From: an uncultured Deinococcales bacterium
GTDB taxonomy: Bacteria; Deinococcota; Deinococci; Deinococcales; JAAFIG01
Length of the DNA: 25,901 nucleotides
Assembly: GCA_964244895.1 (NCBI GenBank)
Contig: CAXTKV010000052.1
Coordinates: forward strand, 1-25,901
Direction of reading: 5' to 3'
Under the pieces are notes generated by a model. The model saw only the letters and a program-made list of their open reading frames with translations. It made no database searches and was not told where the DNA came from. Position 1 is the first letter of the stretch; each line of letters opens with the position of its first letter. Shown piece by piece: positions 8,043-15,749 of this stretch. The position numbers were made by a program, and so were the translations under genes.

Positions 8043-8273
8043 TCAGCGGCGCTCGAGGGCTTCTAAGAGTTCCTGGTCATTCGTTCCAATCCGGCCTTGC
8101 TCGAGAATCCGGTGTTGCACGTCGTCGAGAAGATCGTCTGGGACGGTCACGAGAAGACCAAAGGGTGTGACTTCGACCGTCATCTTGGTTCCCTGATCCA
8201 GAAACTCGATCAAGGCTTCAAAGTTTTTCAGGCTCAGGGGGACGATGGTGTGTTTCTTGAAGAATTTCAGCAT
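8043..8273 (-). CDS. hypothetical protein (76 aa)
   Basis: AAGGAG RBS, ATG, protein-like composition; last gene of the leftward unit. Confidence 0.65.
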   Translation of the reverse strand: MLKFFKKHTIVPLSLKNFEALIEFLDQGTKMTVEVTPFGLLVTVPDDLLDDVQHRILEQGRIGTNDQELLEALERR

Positions 8274-8329
8274 AAGGTTCTCCTTGCTAGACGGCTCCCG
8301 GTGTCCGGGAGCCGTGCGGGATGGTGTTC

Positions 8330-8500
8330 TCAGTCAGGCCAGGTGATTTCCAGCACGACACGTTCCTCGAGTTCGGCCAGGACGTGCTGAGCCTCGCTGA
8401 TGGCCTCGAGCAGCCCTGGAAGGCTGGTGAGGCAGTACCTGTTCATGATGTTGTGCATGTCGGCAAGGGTCGTCATTGACAGGGCTTCGATGGCCTTCAC
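8330..8500 (-). CDS. small hypothetical protein (56 aa), not in the ORF track
   Basis: GAGGA RBS then GTG 8500: MKAIEALSMTTLADMHNIMNRYCLTSLPGLLEAISEAQHVLAELEERVVLEITWPD; fills the gap between two co-oriented genes. Confidence 0.5.
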   Translation of the reverse strand: MKAIEALSMTTLADMHNIMNRYCLTSLPGLLEAISEAQHVLAELEERVVLEITWPD

Positions 8501-8541
8501 AACCCGTTCCTCGTGAGGTTGAACTCATGCTTCGATCATGG

Positions 8542-8775
8542 TCAGTACCGACCAATCCGATTCAGCCATTGGAGGGCATCCATCGGCCCACAGACGTAAC
8601 TCCCGTGTCCCGTGACCTTGCACACGATCCCGTGTGGGCACACGGCCAAACGGATGCCCTCCAGCGGGCCGTCATGGAAACCTTTTTCCCGAAGCTCAAG
8701 AGAGCCCCCGTAGCTCAGTAAGACGGCTTCGAGCCGTTCCAGTGGTGAGACTTCAATCTTGGGACTATGATCCAT
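8542..8775 (-). CDS. hypothetical protein (77 aa)
   Basis: GGAGGT RBS before ATG; first gene downstream of the leftward promoter. Confidence 0.65.
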   Translation of the reverse strand: MDHSPKIEVSPLERLEAVLLSYGGSLELREKGFHDGPLEGIRLAVCPHGIVCKVTGHGSYVCGPMDALQWLNRIGRY

Positions 8776-8841
8776 GACGACACCTCCAAAGGGTTTCCCG
8801 AGAGGGCTTGAGTTCTCAGGCCCGGCCCTCTTGGGTATCTA

Positions 8842-8902
8842 AAGTCTAGCAGTTCTGCTATATTCAGTCAAGCAATACCTTTGTATACCTTGTGCTAGAC
8901 TT
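8842..8902. promoter_or_regulatory. divergent promoter pair with palindromic operator candidate
   Basis: Minus strand TTGACT (8871-8866), 17 bp, TAGACT (8848-8843); plus strand TGC-TAGACT (8893-8901) 8 nt before ATG 8910; palindrome TAGCAG-TT-CTGCTA at 8847-8860. Confidence 0.7.
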
Positions 8903-8909
8903 CCGAGGT

Positions 8910-9347
8910 ATGCAGCGGTTAACCTGGAAACTCGGAACGTTCCTCGAGACGCACAACATCAAGCCCCGCCAGGTCGAAAATGAAGCCATCCGCGCGGGCT
9001 TCAACTTCGGTCGCAACACGATCTATCGTCTCCTGCGCGGCGACGGCCCAGACCGCTACGACAAGGAAACCCTGACCGCATTGCTTGTGACGCTCGGCAA
9101 GATCACGGGCGAACCCGTCAGCCCGAACGATCTGCTCGAAGTCACGCTCGAGGGTTCGACCACCGAACCGATCAGGCGCACCCTCGAGCAAAAGCCCTTC
9201 ACCTTCAACGCCCTCCCGTCCGACCTCGAGCGCGACGAGAACCCCGCCAGCATCGCGCGTGCCGTGAGCGCATGGCGCACGGAATCCCGCAAAGAACAAA
9301 CCGCCCGCACCACGAAACGCGCCACCCCGAAGGCTCGAACCCCGTGA
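8910..9347 (+). CDS. XRE/Cro-C1 HTH regulator with C-terminal extension (probable repressor and antitoxin)
   Basis: WKLGTFLETHNIKPRQV...GRNTIYRL...TLTALL...TGEPVSPNDLLEV fits an HTH_26-like domain; ~65-aa tail; GTGA overlap with the PIN gene. Confidence 0.75.
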   Translation: MQRLTWKLGTFLETHNIKPRQVENEAIRAGFNFGRNTIYRLLRGDGPDRYDKETLTALLVTLGKITGEPVSPNDLLEVTLEGSTTEPIRRTLEQKPFTFNALPSDLERDENPASIARAVSAWRTESRKEQTARTTKRATPKARTP

Positions 9348-9745
9348 ACATCGTGGTGGACACGGACGCGGCCTCATTCATCTTCAAGAAGGCCAAGCAA
9401 GCCGAGAAGTACCCGGCCTTGCTCGAGGGTCACACGCTCGTCCTGTCCTTCCAGAGCCTCGGTGAACTCGAACGCTGGACGCGAGAACGAAGCTGGGGCG
9501 AGGCGCGCACCGCGAACCTGCACGCGTTCCTGGATCGCTTCGTCATCCTGCACACGGACGCGGCCCTGTGCGCCCGATGGGGCGACGTGACCGCCAGAGC
9601 GACCGTCGCGGGCCGTCCGATCAGCGTGCAAGACGCGTGGGTCGCGGCGTGCGCGCTCGACCTGGACGCGCCTTTGCTGACGGAGAACGGGCGGCACTTC
9701 CGGCACGTCGAAGGCTTGAAGCTCCTGCTGGATGGTGAGGGCTGA
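9344..9745 (+). CDS. vapC: PIN-domain (VapC-family) toxin
   Basis: GTG 9344: MNIVVDTDAAS...SLGELE...ISVQDAWVAACA...LLTENGRHF; PIN acidic residues and T-x-N-x-x-H-F motif. Confidence 0.88.
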   Translation: MNIVVDTDAASFIFKKAKQAEKYPALLEGHTLVLSFQSLGELERWTRERSWGEARTANLHAFLDRFVILHTDAALCARWGDVTARATVAGRPISVQDAWVAACALDLDAPLLTENGRHFRHVEGLKLLLDGEG

Positions 9746-9938
9746 CGTGACCCAGAAGACCGTCACACCCACAAACGCCCGGACAAGGCGGGTCAGAAGC
9801 GCACCAGGAAGGTCACAGGCGGCGCTGTCGGCCTCGAGCGCCCGGTGAGGCTCACGGATGGCCCGAGCGGGTCTGAACTCGTCCTGAGCGAACGCAGGGG
9901 CCGGAACCCGAGCGACAAGACCTGAACGGAGGGCGGTC

Positions 9939-11075
9939 ATGGCGAAACGGCGCGGGAATCTCGAAGGCAGCATCTTTCAGCGTTCAGACGGTCGCTGGGT
10001 CTTCGAGAGCCCAGAACTAGACTGGGGCGGCCACAAGTACATCACCGCGAAGACGCAAGCCGAGGTCATCGCCAAATCGAAGAAGTGGCTTCACGACCAC
10101 CACAACGGCATGATCGCCAAAGACGGGAACGAAACTGTGGAATCGTTCCTGAACCGCTGGAAGGATCACGCCAACAAGGAATGGCGACCCAGCACGCGCG
10201 TCACGAACGAGAACGCCATCAAGAACCACCTCATTCCGACACTCGGGAAGCTCAAGCTCGGGAAGCTCAAACCGCTCGATCTCGAGAGCGCCTACAACAA
10301 GATGGCGGAACGAGGCGCGAAACCGCCGACGATCGCTTACGCGCACAAGATTCTCAAGCAAGCCCTCACCCAAGCCGTCCGGTGGGAACTGACGTTCCGA
10401 AACGTGGCGGACAGCGTGAAGCCGCCAAAACGCGAAACGAAAAGACGAGACGCTTGGACGACGGAAGACGTGCGTCGATTCATCACGCACCCAGAAGTCA
10501 GGGATCACCCACTGTTCGCCCTGTGGTATCTCGTCCTGGCCGCTGGCCTCCGTCGCGGCGAAGCTCTGGGCCTTCAGTGGTCGGACATTGACCGCAAGCG
10601 CAGACGGCTCGTCGTCGCCCGTCAGCTTCTCGAGCTACCAGACGGCTCGCTCGAGTACGGCCCGGTCAAGACGGAATCGGGCGAGGATCGGGTGATCTAC
10701 CTGAGCGAAAGCACCATGCGCGTCCTGAGCGAGCATGAAGCGCGGCAAAAGGAACTTCGCCGCGCCATGCCGTCGGCCTACCAGGATCACGGGCTGGTGT
10801 TTCCACTCGAGGATGGAAGACCCCGCAACCCGAGAGGCACGACTCGGATGTGGGGCCGTCTCGTGCGGCGACTCGAGTTCCCCGTGAGCGTCTTGCACGG
10901 CACAAGGCACACGGCTGCGAGTCTGATGAACGCGCAAACCAGAGACCCGCGCTTGGTCGCCGACGTGCTAGGACACAGTGACGCGAGGTTCACGATGGAC
11001 ACCTACGTTCACACAGAGGATGAACGTCTGAAGCTCGCAGCACTCGATCTGGAGGCAATCAAGTCCGCAAACTAG
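9939..11075 (+). CDS. int: tyrosine recombinase / phage integrase
   Basis: MAKRRGNLEGSIFQRSDGRW arm-binding N-terminus; catalytic GLRRGE, K (PVKT), HGTRHT, LGHS and TYVH motifs intact. Confidence 0.96.
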   Translation: MAKRRGNLEGSIFQRSDGRWVFESPELDWGGHKYITAKTQAEVIAKSKKWLHDHHNGMIAKDGNETVESFLNRWKDHANKEWRPSTRVTNENAIKNHLIPTLGKLKLGKLKPLDLESAYNKMAERGAKPPTIAYAHKILKQALTQAVRWELTFRNVADSVKPPKRETKRRDAWTTEDVRRFITHPEVRDHPLFALWYLVLAAGLRRGEALGLQWSDIDRKRRRLVVARQLLELPDGSLEYGPVKTESGEDRVIYLSESTMRVLSEHEARQKELRRAMPSAYQDHGLVFPLEDGRPRNPRGTTRMWGRLVRRLEFPVSVLHGTRHTAASLMNAQTRDPRLVADVLGHSDARFTMDTYVHTEDERLKLAALDLEAIKSAN

Positions 11076-11084
11076 GTTGACCCG

Positions 11085-12020
11085 TTAAGACAAAGCAGAT
11101 TGATCCTTGTCATTGTCTGTAAGTAATGCTCTCAATTTGTGGTCGGCATCGTCAGGGTGAAACACGTCAATTGCATGACCCCAACCCGCCAAAGTCTCAA
11201 TGAACTCGGATGGGTCATACGAGTAGTGATCTGTGCGACCATCAACGAACGAGAAGAAGTCTGCTTCCATCTTGTTCACATCCCGCGCGTGTGCCTCGAG
11301 CCTGTCGTACATGAATTGAACCGCGTCCACATTGCGTTGTGAAAGCTTTTTCGAGGTCGCATGTAGAGGCACCGACTCCAGAACAGTGTACGTGCTGTTC
11401 CTGACGAAAACGAAGTCCGGGCGGAAACGTGCCTTTCTCTTGCCATTGCCTCGAACGTCAATTGCAAGTGCGGGCTGAAGCAGCGGGTGTCCCTGCAATC
11501 CCGCCCGTCGCAATATGTCGTTGACACCGCCCTTGAGGTCAATGTTCTCAACGGGTGGGTATTCATCTTCTTCAACCAGCACGTTATACAGGTGGGTCAG
11601 GAGAACCGATGGGTCTTTGCCTTCGAGTCCCTGCACAAGAACCTCACCACCCTTGATGATTCCATAGTGCTGGCGGGATGACCCGAGGAGAGCGTTCTCA
11701 CACCATGACAGAACTCCCTGTGCGTCGGCTGGACTCCGATCCTCAAGAGAAGCGTATTGCTCCACAGAGTGACGCCAAAACTCTACCCATTGTGCATAAG
11801 TCTCGGGATCAAACACGCGACTACGAACGCGCCGCCCATCAATCCCTGGCCCGTCATCAAGTTCAGGCATTCCCTCACCAAAGAAGCGGGCATAGACGCC
11901 CTTCTCGTGTAACAGGATCACACCGACGTTTCGGGGTTCCTGGCGTCGGAGATCAGCAGTGAACTTTGCCACGAGGAATCTAGGGTGAACAGAGGTAGGA
12001 GTCGCTATAAGAGCTTCCAC
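11085..12020 (-). CDS. DUF3037-like protein
   Basis: N-terminal KFTADLRRQEPRNVGVILL resembles DUF3037 (E-x-x-NVGV); overlaps the kinase stop by 16 nt; C-terminal RPDFVF...VLES. Confidence 0.7.
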   Translation of the reverse strand: MEALIATPTSVHPRFLVAKFTADLRRQEPRNVGVILLHEKGVYARFFGEGMPELDDGPGIDGRRVRSRVFDPETYAQWVEFWRHSVEQYASLEDRSPADAQGVLSWCENALLGSSRQHYGIIKGGEVLVQGLEGKDPSVLLTHLYNVLVEEDEYPPVENIDLKGGVNDILRRAGLQGHPLLQPALAIDVRGNGKRKARFRPDFVFVRNSTYTVLESVPLHATSKKLSQRNVDAVQFMYDRLEAHARDVNKMEADFFSFVDGRTDHYSYDPSEFIETLAGWGHAIDVFHPDDADHKLRALLTDNDKDQSALS

Positions 12021-12772
12021 TGAACCACGCTCCTAAACTCAGATTGGTTGCGATCAAGAAGCCTATCAAGGGTACTACGGCGGTTTTTGAGGTATACCCC
12101 AAGTGCCGCACTTTCGCCATCCGTCACGCCGATCTTGGTCACATGCTCGCACAAATCGTCGATGAAGAAATCAGGGATTGTACTTACCTTAGCGATCCAT
12201 TTCGAGAGTAGGTCACAGCGATTGATGGCGTCGAGGAGACATTGGCGGTTGCCCGCGTACCCCCACGGATCTGGCTCCTGCACGATCCCCATAACGCCCG
12301 CGAGCCAGTTAAGATTGGCCTCGCCATCGCCTGGGCGAATCCCAAAAAGACTATGGCTGTGGTCAAAAACTGCGAGGTGATTGGTGATCTGGTCAAAAGC
12401 TAAGTTGCTTTGATGGCGGTCACGATTCCCGATCAGCACGTCGAAAACCACGACCCCGGCAGCCACCTCTGGCAGTTTGGCAAACACAAGTGGTGGAAAG
12501 ATTGGTGGGAGGTTTGTGCCTCGCGGGTTGAAGTTCATTGAAATGAAATGTGCCATTCCCTGATCGTCGCGCTGGATGTATCCGGGCGGCGTGGGTAAGT
12601 GTAGAAGTGAGGCAAGCTGATTTGCAACGTACTCGTTCGCTACGCAGTAAGGCGCGGCAGGTACGATAGTCTTGGCGATCCCGCCAACGGTCACGAACTT
12701 CGAGCCGGTGACGCCATTGCCAACCGGCGCGTCCCAAGAGATGACCTTGTAGTCCGTGAACACTCTCCGCAC
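12005..12772 (-). CDS. HipA-like (HipA_2 / PI3K-like) kinase
   Basis: Gly loop GNGVTGS, Lys in IAKT, ANEYVA...LHLPTP, catalytic FDVLIGNRDRHQSN, VFDHSHSL. Confidence 0.82.
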   Translation of the reverse strand: MRRVFTDYKVISWDAPVGNGVTGSKFVTVGGIAKTIVPAAPYCVANEYVANQLASLLHLPTPPGYIQRDDQGMAHFISMNFNPRGTNLPPIFPPLVFAKLPEVAAGVVVFDVLIGNRDRHQSNLAFDQITNHLAVFDHSHSLFGIRPGDGEANLNWLAGVMGIVQEPDPWGYAGNRQCLLDAINRCDLLSKWIAKVSTIPDFFIDDLCEHVTKIGVTDGESAALGVYLKNRRSTLDRLLDRNQSEFRSVVQWKLL

Positions 12773-12792
12773 CCCTGAGTCTGATTCCTGTC

Positions 12793-12827
12793 AAAATTCC
12801 TGTCCGCCCGAAGGTGAACAGGAATTT
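12793..12827 (-). terminator. island-supplied hairpin after the intact tRNA
   Basis: Minus strand AAATTCCTGTTCACC-TTCG-GGCGGACAGGAATTTT; cUUCGg tetraloop, starts 3 nt after CCA. Confidence 0.65.
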
Positions 12828-12830
12828 AAG

Positions 12831-12907
12831 TGGTCGGGGTGGCCAGATTTGAACTGACGACCACTTGACCCCCAGTCAAGTGCGCTACCAGGCTGCGCTA
12901 CACCCCG
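12831..12907 (-). tRNA. tRNA-Pro(GGG)
   Basis: CGGGGTGTAGCGCAGCCTGGTAGCGCACTTGACTGGGGGTCAAGTGGTCGTCAGTTCAAATCTGGCCACCCCGACCA; 77 nt cloverleaf, anticodon arm CTTGA-CTGGGGG-TCAAG, TTCAAAT T-loop, encoded CCA. Confidence 0.97.
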
Positions 12908-12923
12908 ACATCCCAGCCCGGCA

Positions 12924-12952
12924 AGGCTAGCAGACGTGCATCTCGAGGTCAA
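12924..12952 (-). promoter_or_regulatory. tRNA promoter
   Basis: TTGACC, 17 bp, TAGCCT with TGn extension, 16 nt upstream of the tRNA 5' end. Confidence 0.65.
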
Positions 12953-13005
12953 GGGGATTCGTGCCTCTGGAGGTCGAGTCCGGGTTTTCGGGTACAGTGA
13001 ATACG

Positions 13006-13503
13006 ATGCGTTCATTGCTTTTTCCCTGGTTGTCCGGTGCGCTGGTGGTGCTTTCTGGTGCGTTGGTGCTGACCTTACCAATTCCTTTCCCGATCAAGCT
13101 GGTGGTGGCTTGCCTGACGGTCTTCTTGACGGATGCCCTGGGCGGACGGTGGTTCGGTTACGCCAGCGTGCTGGTGCTGTTTGCGGGTCTCGCGAACGAT
13201 CCCAGCGGTCAGTGGGCGACGATGCTGCCGCTGGTGGCGGGCAGCACGCTGGCAGCGTTGGTGGTGCGGCATTCGGAACGGACGTGGTTCGGGGTGTTGC
13301 TTTCGATGGTCGTGTTCATGTTGCCGGTTCTGGTGATGCAAACGGTTCGTCCACGTTTCGATCCAGCCTTGCAGGTGCCGTTGGGCTCGAGGTACGTGGT
13401 TTTGCACATGCTGGCTTCGAGCTTCGCGATTCTGGTTTCGAGTTTGCTGACCTGGCAGCAGCTTTCTCCACCGACTGCGACCGGGCAGCGCAAGACGGGT
13501 TGA
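13006..13503 (+). CDS. hypothetical integral membrane protein
   Basis: Several hydrophobic segments; ATG 13006 lies 7 nt after TACAGT (candidate leaderless start); track start is 12961. Confidence 0.75.
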   Translation: MRSLLFPWLSGALVVLSGALVLTLPIPFPIKLVVACLTVFLTDALGGRWFGYASVLVLFAGLANDPSGQWATMLPLVAGSTLAALVVRHSERTWFGVLLSMVVFMLPVLVMQTVRPRFDPALQVPLGSRYVVLHMLASSFAILVSSLLTWQQLSPPTATGQRKTG

Positions 13504-13507
13504 AGGC

Positions 13508-14368
13508 GTGTTCTGGGCGTTGGTGCGCGGCGTGGGCGAGTTCGCTGGGCGCGTGGCCCGAGTGCGGGTGGCGCTCCTGGCGGCGGGTCTGGCGTATTAC
13601 GCGACCTTCAGTCTGTTCCCGTTGCTGCTCTTGGCCGTGGCGGGTTTCGGTTTTGCGCTCGAACGCAACCAGAACCTGCGCGAGCGCGTGCTGAACTTCA
13701 TCACCACTTCGATCCAGACGGCCTTTCCGACGGCGGCGGATCTCTTGAATTCGACGCTGCGCGATCTCAAGACGGGGTTGCTCGAGCGTTTGCAGTTGAA
13801 CGCCGGAGTGAGCGGCGTGATCGGTCTGGTGGCGCTGGTGTGGGCCTCGAGCGGGTTTTTCACGGTCTTGCAGGATGCCCTGAACGATGCGATTCCAGGC
13901 GTGCGTTCGCGCCCGATCTGGATGGCGCGGGTGGTGGCCATCGCGACGGTCGCGGCCTTCGGGGCGCTGCTGATGATCTTGATGCTTTCGGGCGTGATCG
14001 TCTCGAGCCTGGCGGGATTGCCGGGGTTGGGCTTCTTGAAATCCTTCTCGGGTTCGTTGCTGACGGTGCTGGGCGCTTCGATGCTGTTCACGTTGGCGTA
14101 TCGGTTTTTGCCCGCGCACTCGCCGGGTTGGCGGGCCGCGCTGGTGGCGGGCGTGCCGACGGCGGTCGTCTGGCAGTTGGCGCGCTCCGTGCTGGGTTTG
14201 CTGACGCCGATTGCGACCTACCAGGCGACCTACGGGGTGCTGGCGGGCTTCTTGTTGCTGCTGGCCTGGTTGTACCTGTCCATGCAGATTTTCTTGATGG
14301 GCGCGGTGCTGGCGGGCATGCTCGAGGGTCGGTTCAAACCGGAATCGGAAAAGCGAACTGAGGCCTGA
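13508..14368 (+). CDS. YihY/virulence factor BrkB family membrane protein
   Basis: LAAGLAYYATFSLFPLLL, WASSGFF...ALN, YRFLP, YQATYGVLAGFLLLLAWLYLS...GA motifs. Confidence 0.92.
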   Translation: MFWALVRGVGEFAGRVARVRVALLAAGLAYYATFSLFPLLLLAVAGFGFALERNQNLRERVLNFITTSIQTAFPTAADLLNSTLRDLKTGLLERLQLNAGVSGVIGLVALVWASSGFFTVLQDALNDAIPGVRSRPIWMARVVAIATVAAFGALLMILMLSGVIVSSLAGLPGLGFLKSFSGSLLTVLGASMLFTLAYRFLPAHSPGWRAALVAGVPTAVVWQLARSVLGLLTPIATYQATYGVLAGFLLLLAWLYLSMQIFLMGAVLAGMLEGRFKPESEKRTEA

Positions 14369-14580
14369 ACTCGCGCTGGGCTCAATGCGAACCTCAAATT
14401 CGAGGATCGCATGAACTCCGTCCAGCACATCGTTTTTGACCTTCTGAACGCACCGTCCCGAACGGGCTTCCCGAAGTGGACGGCCTCGGCGTTCGGGCGC
14501 GCGAAACAGTCGGAGGGGTTCCCGAGCAATTTGGGGGCTGCGCAGGGTCTGATACACTTCTCGAGCGAAGGAGTACGACC

Positions 14581-15682
14581 ATGATCGAATTGCAGGACAA
14601 ACTGAACGCCCTCCGGGGGTATCTTTGATGTCGCCGGGAAAACCGCGCGGCTGGAGAAGCTCGACCAGGAACTGAACGACCCGAACCTCTGGAACGACCC
14701 GGACAACGCCCGCAAGGTCACGCAGGAATCCACCCGTCTGCGCCGCGTGGTGGACGATTTCGGCAAGCTCGAGAACGACGTGACCGGCCTTTCGGAGATG
14801 CTCGAGATGGCCGACGAGGACGACAAGGCCAGCCTGGAACCAGACGTGCAGGACGCCACCAACCGCGTGGAAGGTCTCTACCGCGAGACGCTCTTCAACG
14901 ATTCGCACTCGGATGCGCCCGCGATCGTCACGATCAAACCGGGCGCGGGCGGCACGGAATCGCAGGACTGGGCCGAGATGCTTTTACGGATGGTGCGCCG
15001 ATTCGCGGAGCGCCACAGCATGACCGTCGAGATTCTGGACGTGTCCCCCGGCGAGCAGGCCGGCATCACCGAGGCCGAATTGATCGTGCGCGGCGAGCGC
15101 GCGTTCGGATTGCTGAAGCCCGAGAATGGCGTTCATCGCTTGGTGCGCGTCAGCCCCTACGACGGCAATTCCCGGCGTCACACGAGCTTCGCCAACATCG
15201 AAATCGTGCCCGAGATCGAGGACGCCAGCGAGGTCGAGATCAACCCAGCGGACGTGCGCATCGACGTGTTCCGATCCGGCGGGCACGGCGGCCAGGGCGT
15301 CAACACCACCGACAGCGCGGTGCGTTTGACCTACAAACCCGGCACGCCTGAAATGCTGATCGTGACCTGCCAGGACGGGCGCAGCCAGTTGAAGAACAAG
15401 GAAAAAGCCTTCACGGTCTTGCGTTCGCGCCTGTACGAGATGCAGGAACGCAAGAAGCGCGACGCCGAAATGAAGCTGCGCGGCGAGCAGAAAGCCATCG
15501 AGTGGGGCTCTCAGATCCGGTCTTACGTGCTGGACAAACAGTACGTCAAGGATCACCGCACCGGCGTGATGCGCCACGATCCAGCCAACGTGCTGGATGG
15601 CGACATCGACGAGTTCATCTGGGCGGGCTTGGAGTGGCAGGCGGGCAAGCGCGCCACGGCTGCCGCCAGCGACGACGACTGA
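14581..15682 (+). CDS. prfB: peptide chain release factor 2, programmed +1 frameshift at CTT-TGA (14623-14628)
   Basis: AAGGAG RBS; MIELQDKLNALRGYL then +1 frame DVAGKTARLEKLDQELNDPNLW; GAGGTESQDWAEML, GVHRLVRVSPY, GGHGGQGVNTTDSAVR, IEWGSQIRSYV; 366 aa after the shift. Confidence 0.97.
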
Positions 15683-15684
15683 GT

Positions 15685-15742
15685 GAAGACCGTCCCGGAC
15701 GCGAATTCTCGAGATCGAGGAATTGCCTCTGGGACGGTCTTC
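15685..15742. repeat. REP-like inverted repeat / possible bidirectional terminator
   Basis: GAAGACCGTCCC (15685-15696) ... GGGACGGTCTTC (15731-15742) between convergent stops. Confidence 0.65.
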
Positions 15743-15749
15743 TCGAGGC

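Larger units (their letters stand above)
4156..12875. mobile_element. tRNA-Pro-integrated element, phage-satellite (PICI/P4-like) organisation, 8,675 bp repeat-to-repeat
   Basis: 45-bp direct repeats, tyrosine integrase, excisionase-like HTH, XRE repressor, Rep-like and TerS-like genes, no recognisable structural genes. Boundaries are firm; the satellite label is inference. Confidence 0.88.

Noticed and set aside
8330..8539. In-frame TGA (8525-8527) after ATG 8539 as readthrough, selenocysteine or pseudogene
   Set aside because: A GTG at 8500 with a GAGGA RBS gives an intact ORF; no SECIS-like hairpin or redox motif is evident.
8776..8909. Deinococcus RDRM (DdrO) radiation-response box in the island switch
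   Set aside because: I found no convincing match to the 17-bp RDRM palindrome; the palindrome present is different.
10242..10271. 15-bp tandem repeat in the integrase
   Set aside because: Encodes LGKLKLGKLK, which fits the usual LG-x-x-x-L-x-x-L pattern of integrase core-binding domains.
14581..14628. prfB as a frameshifted pseudogene or sequencing error
   Set aside because: It has the CTT-TGA slippery site with an upstream SD-like G-run, the known programmed frameshift.
13316..14908. 530-aa minus-strand ORF
   Set aside because: Antisense shadow of yihY and prfB, expected in high-GC DNA; no motifs.
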